Shown here one piece after another: positions 49,063-62,529 of a stretch of 64,000 bases of DNA. Both the position numbers and the translations under genes were made by a program. Each line of letters begins with the position of its first letter. Position 1 is the stretch's first letter. This DNA is from Lama glama (taxonomy: Eukaryota), in assembly GCA_028534125.1 (NCBI GenBank), contig CM052816.1:16494001-16558000 (forward strand). The letters run 5' to 3'. Under the pieces are notes generated by a model, which saw only the letters and a program-made list of their open reading frames with translations, was not told the origin of the DNA and did no database searches.

Positions 49063-52000
49063 TGTGTCCCATAAATCTTGTTGGCCAAGTTCTATTTTAG
49101 CATGCAGGTATAAATAAAATTATTCAATGAGATAATATCAAAAGAGCTCAAAGTGTACTGACAGGCACCATCATCTCATTAATGAGATGAATATCTTTAG
49201 GATGTGACTTGGGTTTAGGGGGGAAAAGTGATAGACAACCACAGTGTGGTATTTTTAGGCATGTAGGTGAGGCAGGCACCCACATGTGCCACCACATCCC
49301 TCTGAACAGCAAAGACAGCTCTCACTTCTCTTGGGCTGGGAGAGGGTGGGCTGAGATGACCTGGAAGTGCTTCCTCACTGTCAATGTCCTTGAGAGTCTT
49401 TGGAGCAAGCCCCTCACTCCACCTCCAAATTCAATACTTGGCAAAGCAGCTGCCAGCAAGTGGCCTAGGGGGTCAAGTTCCACCTCTCTGGTCAGTTAGC
49501 CTTGGCACTGAGATGGACAGGAACATGCCCAGTCCTGGCAGCTGGACCCCCTAAAATAGGCAACCACAAAGACCAGTACTGGCCAGGAGTCTGCATGTCT
49601 TTTGCACGCAAGAAATGTCACCACCTCCCTCAGGGACAGGCCTGGGTGGGGGTTGTCACTGGGTGGGTGAACACCCACTGGTCTTCTCAGTCTATTTAGC
49701 AGTCAGGGTAAAAATAACACCAGCCGCATCATTTTCCAAAATTAAGGGCGATGCTATAGCAAATGTATGCAGATGTGTACAGACACAGATGGGAACAAGT
49801 GTATTTAATTGTAAATGAGTCAGAACGGAGCAAATGAGATTTCCCTTATATTTGGGTTCCAAAAATCACAGAGAAAATGTGCCTGAGGCAGAAACAAACC
49901 AAAAAAAAACCCAACAACAACAACAAAAAAACAGGGGTAGGTTATTGATGCAGAAGCCACATGGGAGGGAACCTTTGGCATCTAGAGCCTGGGGTGGTTG
50001 CGGTCTTCTCTGGGGGTTATGAAAGTGCCCTGGCTCCAGAAGCCCAAGCACTAACGGAGGAACACAGGCACAGATGGCAGGACCCACGGTACCTCAGTCT
50101 CATTTGACCTGTAGGTGCCAGAGAAAGTGGGGAAAGGAAGGGAGGGCTGTAATGGACTGTCCCCAAGGAGGGAGCCAAAAGCTCGCTTTTGTGACCTCAG
50201 GGAAACAAGCTGAGGCAGAGAAAAACATCCCTGCCTAGCTCCATGTGGCCAGAGAGAAAGGAATGACAACAGAATACTTCTTGCTTGGAAAGCACCATTT
50301 CTCCTCGACAGCTTTAGGGAAGGCACTGAGTAGAGTGCCAGGCTGTTGGTAGATGTTCAGTAAATACTAGAAGAAGGAAAAGACAGAGAGAGGATGGAAG
50401 GAAGGGAAAATATGTCCTCCTGCAAGTCCCTCCCATTCTGCAGACTGAAGTGATGCTGGAGGAAAGAGCCTCGGAAGCCAGAAGGCAGACTGCCAGTGGA
50501 AAAGGCCTAGGCTTCAACAGACAAGAGTTTGCCCTTATCAGGGTCCAGGGGAATATGGGGGATGGGCTGGAAAGTGAGGCACATCTATCCTGCCAGACTT
50601 CCTACCTCCGTAAACTCATCTCCTCCACAGGCAGCAGTCTGGAATTCACATCTACCCCCTGCGCCTGAACAACTGTAATTTTCGCTCCACAGAGAACAGA
50701 AGAGATTGGTTTCACCACAGCCAGTGAGCTATCATTAAGGGCAGAAACCTGACAGGCAAGTTAGGAAGCTTTGATCTGGGCCACTTCGGAGCTCAGCACC
50801 TCAAGAAATAAATGCCTGCAAGTAAATGAATATATGAAGGAAGCATGCAGTAATGAATGAACACAACAAAGACCCTTTCACCACCCCAAAACGATCTCAT
50901 TCTGTGGTTTGAGCCCTCTACTTCTCCCTCCCCAGGCTTGTTTCCTCTGTGTCCTGTTGAGTCTGTCTCCCAACCTTGAGGAGCAGCAAACCCAGCTTTT
51001 TTCCTCTGGTCCAGTTCCCTGGCAGCAGGATTCCAGGAAGGCACGGAGCACAAAGGCTCCTCTTGGGGAAAGGGCAAAGGGAGCTTTCATCTACCGCCAG
51101 CCTGCATTCTTTGTCCATCACTTTTGCAGTACTTGCATTCTCACCACAGAAAGCCCAGAGGGCTAGGATGGCCTTCTGGACTTTTGACCCAAGCCTCACC
51201 TCACATCCACCCTCCTAACTCCCCCATCTCCACTCTCCCCCTGCCCCACTCCCAGGATTTCAGCCTTGAAGAAAGCTAATACTGTGTGTCTGGTGGTCTG
51301 CAGTCAGCTCCAAGGAGGGTTCTGAGTGCCACAGACCCAGGGGAGCATATGTCTCAGCTCTGCAGGTCCCCCGAGCCACTCCTGCTAGTTGCCAGCAGAT
51401 ACAGAAGCAAAAGAGGAAACTGAAGAAATGCCGCACAGCATCACCCAGCGCAGCTGTGAGCAGCCCAGCACTGTCACTGAAGCTCCAGTCTGCCACATGC
51501 CAGCCTGGTGGAAAGGTTACTTAAAATGAAGTCAAGGAGAGCTGAAGACCAGCTGCAAGCAGAGGCCTGAGTCTGGGGTTCACAGGCTCTGTTTCAACAC
51601 TGGCTTCCTACAAAAGATCAGTGCCCAAGCTCTGGCTACTTTCTGTAACCTCCCTTCCCTTGCCCTGCCTTTGCCTTTTGTGTCTGACTCTATATTACGT
51701 GCTGTGTTCTACTTTTTTTAGACCTTCCATCTTCTTTCCTCTGTTTTTCTTTTTTTTCTTCCTTCTCCACCTTTTCCTCACTTGCTCCATTTGCTCAACA
51801 CTATAGTTTATGAAGCTCTTTCAGACATGATGAGTTCAGTGGCATATGTGATAGATCAGGGACTGTGACATATACCAAACTAGGCAATCAGAAGGCAGGT
51901 TTTGAAAAGATGGAGAAACAGACATTGACGCAGAAAAGAGACATTATTGTTAATGTAATAACTACCGGAGCTATACCAAAGAGTTCTCCCTTGTAGACGT

Positions 52001-52099
52001 TTCACCCTGACTCTGGGCTTTGGAAAAGCAGCCCCTCGTCTTGCATCTCCCCCAAGCAAGACCTAAAGACTGGTAACTTTGTGTTTTGTGAGACTTCTT

Positions 52100-52555
52100 G
52101 TTTTGGGTTCCCATAAAATAGACCTGAAACAGGAATTCAGGTGAAAATAGTTTATTTGGGAGGTGATTCCAGGAAACACTTGTAGGGAAGTGAGGAAGTA
52201 AGACAAAGAAGAGAAAGAGGCCACTAAAGGGTGCGTTATAAGGTAAGTTACTTTGTGGACAACTGGAACTCAGAGGTGCTGGGAACTCTGGAAGACAATG
52301 TGGAAGGTGCCTCAGGGTTATCCCCATCGAAGGGTAAGGATGTTCGACTAGACACATACTCCTGTCATTGGTTGAGAGCTGCTCTCAGAGCTGAGCCATT
52401 AACTCCCTGGCACTTCCCACTTCCCCGTGCATTGGCCAAGTGCGCCCTTGTGGCCAGAGCAAAACCCACAGGCGGAGTCCCATGTGTTTGCATTAAGCGG
52501 TCACTGGTGTGTAGAGGTAAGCAATGGGAGAATTTGAATCACAACATTTGCTACA
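52100..52555. mobile_element. Old ERVL-type LTR (LTR33-like)
   Basis: AGACCTGAAACAGGAATTCAGGTGAAAATAGTTTATTTGGGAGGTGATTCCAGGAAACAC...CAACATTTGCTACA. Confidence 0.55.
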
Positions 52556-53344
52556 AATGGCTGTAGCCTTCCAATCAGCACCCTTTAACTTGAGCCACTT
52601 TGAGTGGGTTTCTATCCCTTGAAACTAAATAGCCCCTCACTAAGCTATCCCCTCTTTCCCTTATCACCCCTAGTACCTAACCAAGACAGTGCAAAGCTTC
52701 CCCTTCTCCATTTAAAAATGTTTTTGAATCTCCACCCATTCTTTTTCCCTTTACTCTGGGCCTGCAATATTTTCCTTCCACCTGAGCTTCTGTACGCTTC
52801 TGCACGTGTGCCTGTGCATGCACATGTGCACGTGCACATGCACGCACACACACACACACCCTGCTTCTTCCAAGACTTTGTTCTATTATGAGTTATGCTC
52901 CTTGAGTGAGGAGGAGGAATTCTGAAGAGAGAGTGTTCCAGGCAGCAGAAGCAGTGGGAACCTGCTCATAAACTGCGTCTAAGGGCGCCCCTCCCAGTGG
53001 CTTCTCATCACTTGCGATACAAAGTCCCTGAGCCTAGAAGTCAATGCATTAATCCTATTTACATTATTTACCTAATCTATTTCTGTCTTTACCTATACAT
53101 CTCATTAATCAACAAACATTTATCAAGGGCTTTATGATATAATAAGCATGGGCCAGTCACCAGGGAAGAGCAGTGAGTAAGACAGACAGGTAAGCAGCTC
53201 CTGTCCTCATGGAGTTTATAGACAATGAAGGGTGGAAAAGAGAGAGATGGAGTGGAGATCATAGGAAGATTGCCCTTCTTTGAACCAAAAAGCATTCAGG
53301 CGAGGATCCCAGATCCACCTGCCTTCCTGGTCTCTGTGCCTCTC

Positions 53345-53831
53345 CCATTTGTATCCAGCCTCCGATAATTCCTGCCTCCTGGTATTCACACCTGGTGTGG
53401 CTCCTTCCCACACTGTGCCCAGGCAGTCTATGTGACCAATAGAATATGGCAGAAGTAACGTTATAGCACTTCTGAGATTAGGTTATAAAAGACACTGCAA
53501 GTTCTGTCTTGGGCTCATTTTTCCCTCTCGCTCTCACATCATATGCTTTAAGATTCTGTTGTCATATCATAAGCATCTCTGTGGAGAAAATGAGACTTTC
53601 AGCAAACAACCACATCAGTGACTCATGTTAGAAGTAGATACTCCAGCCCCAGACAAGCCTTCAGATGACTTCAGCCCCAAGCAATACAATCTCCTGAGAG
53701 ACCATGAGCCAGAACCACCTTGCTAAACTGTTCACCAATTTCCATCTTTCAGAAACTGTGAGATAACAAATGTTTATTTTTAAAGCTGCTACATTTTGGG
53801 GGTACTATGTTACACAGCGATAGATTAATAC
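53345..53831 (+). mobile_element. MLT1F/G-like MaLR LTR
   Basis: CCTGCCTCCTGGTATTCACACC...CTTCTGAGATTAGGTTATAAAAGAC...CAGAAACTGTGAGATAACAAATG. Confidence 0.8.
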
Positions 53832-54839
53832 GCCACCTCCCACCATACCACTTTTCCCTTGATATCTGGGGCCTTTCTGCTTGTCCATATGGTTTTCACT
53901 GTCCACCTGCTCAACAGCATCTCTTGGTGGTCCCAGCGGAAAGCATTACAACATGATACCCAAAGTGCTTTCAAAGCCTCAAAATTGACTAAAACCCTAC
54001 ATACTTTTCCTTCCCTTAGCAGTTTTCCCCCTTAATTTACCTCCCCTTATATAACTCAAGGGCAAAAAAGAAGCCATGATTTCCTAATTCATTTATATTC
54101 ACTTCTTCCCGATGGCCTTGTGAAAGTGCTTCAGTGTGAAAGAGGTGTTTCTCTGAGCCCCTTAACGTTTCTATTCTTTCTGTGAACAAAAGAAGAGTAA
54201 ATGAAACTTAGACCTCAAAACATTGGAGTTGGATTTTAAATGTGGAATTTTGTTCACCGAGTGGACTCCAAACCTGGCAGCTTCCTTGCCTTCCTCTGAT
54301 TCAGTCCCTCTGCCTCATTGGAGTGCTCTGTCCATCACAGATATGCAAATACTCCCAGGGTGGTTTCCTCACAGGGCATGAAGTACACAGTCAAATACAG
54401 ACTCATCTTAAAGCCATCGTGCAGGGCCTGCACATGCCTAGAATTGAATCAGAGGGCTGGACTCTCTATTAGCAGAGGATTCAAGCTCTGGACTTGGTTT
54501 TCCCCTATTTCTTTTAATTTTCTTTCCTGAGAAGTAGCTCTGAAAATTCTTAAGGGCAATTAAGTCACCTATCTGCCCTAGGTCACCACTGCCCTACGAT
54601 TTGGCATTGAGGGACTATTTCTCCAGGTTTTGTGATAATCCAGAGTGGGACACAAGACAGAAAAGAGAGAAGCAGCTTTAGTTATTTTGGCAACTTTGGT
54701 TGTGTTCCTCTCCTTTGGAATGAGTAAAACTTTTCTGAAAGTCCTAAAGGAGATGGGGGAATACAGAATACTATTTATTGAGCCCCTGTTATGTATAAGA
54801 TTGTTATTTTATTCCTTGGAGGAACTAAGCAAGGGCGAA

Positions 54840-55325
54840 ATTGGTGGCATTTTTAAGCATGGCTACAAATTCTTTGACCCTCCTCTCAGCAAGAGGTGAT
54901 GTCTATTTTATGTTCTCCCTCTTAAATCTGGGCAGGCTGGTGACTTCTTTGACTGTAAAGTATGGTGCAAATGATGCTACGTGAATCCCAAAGCCAGATC
55001 ATAATAAGGCCATGAAGTTGCTGCCTTATTGGCTGGGATACTCACTCTTGGAACCTGGAGACATCATGTAAGAAGTCCCAGAGACCATCATGCTATGAGG
55101 AAGCCCAAGCCATGTGGAGAGGTCATGGATAGATGCTTTGGTCAGCAGTCCCAACTGAGCCCAGTTTCAAGTCATCCCAGCTGAAATCCCAGACATCATG
55201 AAGCAGAAACAACCCAGTGTCCCTTGTCTAAATGATTAACCCACAGAATCTGTGAGCACGACAGATTGGTTGGTTTTTTATGCCACTAAGTTTGGGGTTA
55301 TTTGTTACACAGCAATAGATAACTA
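54840..55325 (+). mobile_element. MLT1-type MaLR LTR
   Basis: ATGGCTACAAATTCTTTGACCCTCCTC...AGGAAGCCCAAGCC...GCCACTAAGTTTGGGGTTATTTGTTACACAGCAATAGATAAC. Confidence 0.8.
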
Positions 55326-57749
55326 TAACAGTATTATTATTCCGTTACACAGATGTGAAAACTGAGACTTGGAGAAATTAAGTTTCGAGGCTAATAAGTG
55401 GCAGAAGGATGATTTGAACTCAGGTCTCTTACTATAAAACCTATTGTTTTCCAAACAGATCCAATCAGGGATAAGATAAAAGGACAGCTGTGTTGCAGGA
55501 TTGGTGAGAATCATACGACTATACTTTTCCTCAGTTGAACCACACCCCAAATCCTGCATTCACCTTTCCATCTCAGGACAGACATGGCCACATACTTTAA
55601 CTCCTGGGGACATTTGGCAAAGATTAATCCAGCTTCTCTAACTGGTTATTGTCTGACGCTGAGTGTGAAAAGCTGGGGCCAGTTTCCTGGGTCTGGAGGA
55701 CTCATCTCCATACAGGTCAGAGCTGTATGCTGGTGCCAGATTGACCCTTTTTTTTTTTTTCAGGTGGATCCTGATTTCCAGGAGATGCTGTGAGCTACAA
55801 TCTCCATGAGGATCAATCAAAAGCCCTTTACAATTGGCCTAAAAAAAAATCTGGATGTGCCTATGAGGTTGAGGTGAGTCAGGTTTGGCCCTTTGCCTCC
55901 TATGAAGAGAGGGTATGGGGTCTGGTTTCTCCTCTTTCTTTCCTGTTTACAATAGAGCTGAGGGTTTCATTTCATTAGTTTTATAAAGTCTCTGGAGGGT
56001 GTCAGGTGCCAGGTGCTGTAATAAGTGTGAAATATAACCTCATTTTTAGCAAGACAAAAAAATCCAGCCTCAGAGATTCAAATACTGGAAATCTTCTTGT
56101 AAAAGGCTGGAACCCTGTTGTTGACTTTAAATAAATTACAACTGAAGCATGATTAGGCCCCGAATTATTACCACAAGTCCTCTCAGGAATTCTCTCGCAA
56201 GGGAAGGCAATAAGACCTTGGTCCAGGAAGGGGACCAGATGGAGGCCATAGTCCTGCTACCTCTCATGGCTGTGGGCTTCCATGGCCCATCTTTTTTTTT
56301 TTCCAGAATGTACCGTTCTCCCTATATAGGTTCACCATCCCACTCCATAGACCTTCCTCAACACTCTCCCCACATCCTCTTAGCCCCACTTCTCTGCACA
56401 ATAATTTCTGGTGAGTGCTGTAGGTCGAGTTTTCCAAAGGTACAGTTCTGGCCATTAACCTTTAAAGAGCAAAATGCCAGCAGTGCTGCATCATAGGGAG
56501 CACATCTTCTATTTACAGCTGCTTTTTCAGATCACAAGGTACTAGGCAAAGAGAGAATTTTGCTTGAACAACAAACAGGCGCTTAGAATTAATGCAGGGG
56601 AGAAAAGGCCATGATGAGATCTGAGCAAGCCATGGAAATAGAGATCAAACACGAGATTCTGGCCAACACACCACAAGAGGGTTCAGGGGCTAAAGCTATG
56701 AGGAGCAGCTCTAGGCAATTCTACAGGAAAGGGAAATCAGCATTTACTGAACTCTTCTTATGTGTCAGGGACCATGCAAGATATTTTACATACATTATTT
56801 ACTCCTCATTTCAGAACTGGGAGGTCCCATTTTATGAATGAGTAAATTGAGGCTCAGAAAAAAGTAATTAATTAACTGAGGTTAATTGCCCCAAGTCACA
56901 TAGCTAGTATGGGAGGAAGCTGGGTTTCAAACCCAGATTTGTTTACTCCTTATTCTTTATCTTACTTACTGCTTGTGAAAGGTGTATACTTGCCTTGGCA
57001 TAGATATCACAGTGTGTGATCCCCACCTTCTTCAAAATGCAAAATTAAAAGTTATTCCTAACACACTGACAGAATAACCTGAATGAAAGAATCTTTTATA
57101 CCTCTTGAGGAGGTCCCAGAAGAAACTGAACATCGATTACTGTTCTCAGAACCTAGAGGCTATGCCACAGAAGTGACTCTGCCTCCTAAACCTCCCAATT
57201 TCCCTCACAGCCAAGCCTAAATGTCAGCCCATCCACAAGGCTTCAGTGCTTCTCAAGTCCCTACACATCTTTCTCTACTTTAAATGCATGTACCAATGAC
57301 TCCAAATACCAGTCTCTCAAGGCTGGCAGAACACTGATACCCAGCAATTTTCCACACCCTTATAAAGCTCAGTGTCTCAGGCAGGGTCAGAGAGATTCTT
57401 CCACATATCAGCCACCCAGGTCACTAGTGACACATCCATTATTCCAGCCCAACGGTATCTTTGGATCAGGAAGCTCTGCTGCTTTGGGGCCAGGCTTGTG
57501 GCAGAGTTTTCTAGGGGATCCAGCCTCCCTAGTGCACTCCCTCAGAGAGTCTGCAAAGAGTAGGGTTTAGGTCTGCACAGTTTGGAAGATTCCTGACTTC
57601 AGATTTCCTCCCAATCTGGCTGCCCTCCAGGGCACCGTCCCCCCTCCCTTCCACTTTAGGACCCTAGAAGAGCCTCATCGATGAGCTTAGGTTTGGGGAA
57701 GAAAACAAAGCAACACAACATGGAAACTTTCTGCTCATTCCCTATCATT

Positions 57750-58780
57750 TCCCATTCACCTGCAAGCCCAAAACTTAAGAATCGTTTTCAATTCCTTTCT
57801 TTCTTACACTATAGAATATTACTCCATCAGCCTGTTGCCTCTACCTTCAAAATATATGCAGTGCTACCACCTCAGTGCCCATCACCTCTTATTTGGACTA
57901 CTGTGGTCCTAACTTCAATTCTCACTCTGTTTCAGTCTATTTTATGCACAACATCTAGAACTACACTGTGTAATACAGTAGATACGAGCTACATATGGCT
58001 ATTCAAATTAATTAAATAAAATGAGCTAAAATGTTATTTCCTGTGTCATACCACATTTCAAATGCTCAACAGCCACATTTAGCCAATGGCGACGCACTGG
58101 GCAATGCAGACAGAACATTTTCATCATTGAAGAAGGTTGTTTTCGACAGCACTCATCTAGAGTGAGCCTTTTAACACTTCAGTCAGATGTCTCTAACCTG
58201 CTCAAAATGTTTCAATGACTTCCCATCACACTTACAAACAAACAAACATCCACAGACCCGACCATGACCTATAGATATCATTTCCAGGTTCTGCTATGCC
58301 TCCTGTCTCCTTTCTGATAGCTTTCTCCGTCTCTCACTCACTTCCAGCCTTCAGTCTCTCTGAGCCTCAAATGTACTAAGCTTGGATTCTTCCTCAGAGC
58401 ATTGCACTTGCTGTTCCCTTTGCCTTAAACACTTCTCCTTTAAATAATCACATAGCTGACTCCCCCACTTCATTTAGATCTCTGCTCAAATGTCCCCTTT
58501 CTGGCAACTATCCTATCTGAAAAAAGGAGGCATGCCCTCTCCCTCCACCCCTAGTGACTCTCTAACCACTTATTCTGCTCTATATCTCTTTACAGCACTT
58601 CTCACTGCCTGGCATTCTATTACATACTGATTTGTTTCTTGTCTGCCTCTCCCATTAGAACCCTTACTCCATGAAGACAAAGACTTCGTGGTTTGTTCAC
58701 TGCTCTATTCCCATGTGCATAGAATGCTGCCTGGGACATAGGTGAGACTCATGAATGTTTATTTATTGATTGAATGAATG
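57750..58780 (+). mobile_element. L2 LINE 3' region with a nested MER3-like MITE (~57961-58154)
   Basis: L2 end TTGATTGAATGAATG. MER3 motifs CCACATTTCAAATGCTCAACAGCCACA, flanked by ATCTAGAA / ATCTAGAG. Confidence 0.75.
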
Positions 58781-59465
58781 TATGGTTTCAGTTTTGCAAA
58801 TGTCACAGAGGCAAAGAATTACAAAGAACTTGGCCACCTTCTTGGAATGGAAAGGAGGGAAAAAATGTAGAGAGAACAAATGAATTAGTGTCTTAATAGA
58901 TTACCCTGTTATGAACCTACATTATAGAATTTGGCGTATATAGAAGAAAGTTTTATGCTTCTGTAAGGCTTGTTTTGAAAACATGAACTCTCTGACACTC
59001 ATTAATATTTTAGGAAACAATTTGAACAAAAACACAAATTTCATGTTTGTTTCTATACCCCCTTCATCCACAAGAAACACGAGGTGAGTGCAGAAAAATG
59101 CCCCCACCTGACTCACCTCACAAAGAAATACACAGAGCACACACAAACACCATACACGTGTTATGATCCACACCGAATTTGGTGCTAACTCACAAGCTGC
59201 AACTTTGCCAACATCCACTTCCACAAGCAAACTTCAGGGTTTTTTCTCTTTTCAAATCACAGTGCCATATTTACTATAGTATTTATGTTTTTCTTAACCG
59301 TTTAACATCTGCAAAGCTAGGCTACCATTTTTATCAGGTTCTTATCTTTTTAAAATAAGTCACTGGTTAAAATTTCACTGTTGTGCCCGCAACCTCTAAT
59401 CCCATTTTTCTGATAAGCCTCGAAGGATTTTTCAAAGCTCTGGTTTTTGGCAGAACACGTGCCAC

Positions 59466-60145
59466 TGCTGAGGCCCAGGAAGGCCCCAAATTGTGCCTCA
59501 ATGGCATATTGCTTATTCTGAATTAAAGTTACTTAAAACAACACAAGAGGGGCACCCTGACTCTCCTTTGTTTCCCTGAAAGCCGGAAATCAGTCTCTCA
59601 TGGGACAGGTGCACTCCCTGCATCTGGAGGTAGAAGGATACCCTTATCATGAAAGACAGGTAACAAGGCAGAGAAGCTTACATGTTACTGTGTTACATGT
59701 TACAAACCATGTTACTTCTTTAATTTACCACCCCCCAAGCCTAAACTCCGTTTAGATTCTTCACTAACTGGGCACCCAAAACCTAAGTTTCTTTGCCCTG
59801 TCAATTCCTCACAAATAAAGTTTCTTTGTCTAAAAAGTATAAAAGCTGCCAACTTTGGACATTTCTATGGGACCTCTATGCACATGAATTAAAATTTATT
59901 TCTTGGTGGGAGGGTATAGCTCACGAGTAGAGCTCATACTTAGCATGCACGAGGTCCTGGGTTCAATCCCCAGTACCTCCATACAAATAAAAACCCAATT
60001 ACCTCCCCACCCCAGATAAAATAAAGTTTAAAAAAATTTAATGTGTTTCTTTTTCACATGTTAATTTGTTTTGTGTCAGTTTTATTTTCAGCCCAGCCAC
60101 AAGAACTCAAGAGAGGTAGAGGGGGAAATTTCTCCCTCCTCAACA
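59466..60145 (+). mobile_element. ERV1-type solo LTR (MER34/39-like) with a nested SINE
   Basis: TG...CAACA termini, TATAAAAG at ~59838, and a 3' end GAACTCAAGAGAGGTAGAGGGGGAAATTTCTCCCTCCTCAACA. Confidence 0.65.
59905..60033 (+). mobile_element. tRNA-derived SINE (Vic-1-like)
   Basis: GGGAGGGTATAGCTCACGAGTAGAGC...GAGGTCCTGGGTTCAATCCCCAGTACCTCC. Confidence 0.92.
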
Positions 60146-61509
60146 TTACCTTATAATTACTTGGGTAAATCTACCCTCCCCCCATCCCCCAACTAGAGGG
60201 AAAGCACCCGAAGGGCAGGGAGTGATTTTTATTCCTTTTTTGATCCCTAAAGTCCTCCTGACAAGACAGCACGTGTAATAGATTTCTCAATTTATTTTAC
60301 CCTAGCCTCCTTTAAGGAAATCCCCCACTAGCATTCTATCAAATTGGGCTTGGAATAGGGGAGGCCAGAAGGAATTCCAAAGAAACAGCCCAGGGAAGGT
60401 CTTTGTTGGCAACATTTCCCTCCCAGAGCTTCCAGGAATCCCACTTCAGGGAACCATTAACTTCCGTCTGAGTGGATGGGAGCTAACCCACCCCCCACCA
60501 ACATTCCCAGGAGGAAGAACACGCACAGGGCCCAGGAGGCTGTGTCAGCAGGCAGCCCCCTGTCTGGGCCCTGCAGCACCCAACGGACGCAGCAGCCAGT
60601 GCAGTGAGGAGGCCCAGAAAAAGATGTATTACCATCACAAAAGTTAATGGACCAGAAAGGGGAAAAATTAACATAAATTACCTTCGGCTGAAATCCTGCC
60701 TTCCTTGGCAGCTAGAGAAAAAGTTCATTCTAGTGCTTGAGGAAAACCAGGTCTTGGGAAGCAGAGGCCTTAATGGGCTAAAATATCACCTCCGACCCTC
60801 CCTCAAAAACAATAACTCCCTGATCATCTGGGCCTAGTAACAAATTATGCAAGACAAGTGGCACAAAGAAGCTAGTTTTACTTTGCTGCTCTCTGGCTAG
60901 TCCTTTGTGCAATGAGTGATTTATGTAGCTTTTGCTGGGTGTGCAATGCATTCCTTGGGGAATTGGTAACCTCTACCAATTCAGCAAACCTTGGGGGTGT
61001 CCCTGGCCCTCTTTATTAGGAAACCAGCTCCAAGGCTTTTCTGGATGTAAAAGATATTTTTCCTGCCCCTCCCATGCTCCCCTGCCCCCTTACACAGGGC
61101 TTAGATGGCCACAGTGAGGCTAAGCGAGAGAACAGAATTCCACCGTGAAACTGTTCCCAAGGTGAGGGAATGGGGAAAGGAGAGAGAAATAAGAAGGTGT
61201 TGATGGAAATTGTGTGTACAGAGCAAGGCAGCAAGCTGGCATTAGAGCATAAAAGTTGGATGGTGGCTGAGAGATACCTGGTGTCAGGAATGATCAGGAG
61301 ACTTTAAAGAACAATGATGTCTAAGACACAATTCTAAGTTATTGGCTGTGCTGTGTGGTATTCGACCCCTTCTTTTTCCCCTCAAGCTTTTAGTAAAAGT
61401 CTACTACATGTAGCCTCGAATTGAGACTGCTTTGGTGAGTGAGGAGTATTGGCAGCATGAGAAGAGAAAGGGATGAGAAGCATAGTAGGTCAAGAATTCA
61501 GCAGAAATA

Positions 61510-61750
61510 GGTAATAAGAGCAAATATTTTTATAGCGCTATGGAGTGGCAGATACAGTTTTAAGTGCTTTATATTCATATTACCAGTAACTCATTTCATG
61601 CTATGAAGGAGGAACTTTCACTATTCCCATTTTATATACAAAGAAACTGAAGCCTAGAAAAGTTAAATAACTTATCCAAGGTCACATTACCAGTTAAGTG
61701 GCAGAGCTGGACTGTGAACCCAGGCTCCAAAGCCATTCTCTTAAACACTG
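61510..61750 (-). mobile_element. MIR SINE
   Basis: TTCCCATTTTATATACAAAGAAACTGAAGCCTAGAAAAGTTAAATAACTTATCCAAGGTCACA. Confidence 0.8.
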
Positions 61751-62529
61751 CACACACACTACTGCCCCTTGAGAATTCCCAAAGACACAGAGTTTAGGAC
61801 ATGGGGTTTCCTATTGTACTTGTGGGTGGGGAGCAGCATGAGGTGAGTCCTCCTAGCTGAACGTGGAGGGAAAGATGACCTCAGGGGACTGGGAGACTTG
61901 GATAAACCCAAGAGGCTCATAGTTGGATTGCACTTAAATTAGGAAGGGAGGGCCAAGTGAAGTCCAAAGTTCTTTCCTATGCTAAGGGTCTGTGAGGCCA
62001 AGACAGGGGTCCTGCCCTAGAAGAGGTTGTGGATTTGTTGTGGAGGGTACACATATCTTGAACAAGTAAAATAGTTCACTGTGGAATGAACAGTCACATA
62101 GCATAGAAAGCAACAAAGCAGTAAAGATCTAGTGTGAGCTCTTTGGATCAAAATAATATACGTTCGATGAAATGCTTTCGGGAGAGAAGAAACCAGGAAG
62201 ACTTCGTGGAGGAGGTAGCCTCCTGTAGAACAGTAGACTATAATCACAAGGCTCTGGAGTCTCATTCCAAGCATTTCCCAGTCCTAATCCCTTTCCTTCA
62301 GGTCCCTTCTTCATTCTCTTTCCTTCCATATCCCAGAATTCCTCTTATTGAATCAGCAAAGTGCAAGGGAATGCCTTGTGGAGAGGTGGGAGCAGGATGA
62401 TCAAGGGCAGGTTTGGTCAGTCAGTAGGGAAATGACCTACAACGGCTCTGGTTCCCGAAAATGACCTACAGGCTGAATCTAAATGGAAACTCGGACTCCC
62501 CGTCCCAGATCATCTTTGGTTAGCTTTTG

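Noticed and set aside
52985..53001. CTCF-like motif (also ~46233-46250)
   Set aside because: Spacing and core positions deviate from the CCASYAGRKGGCRS consensus.
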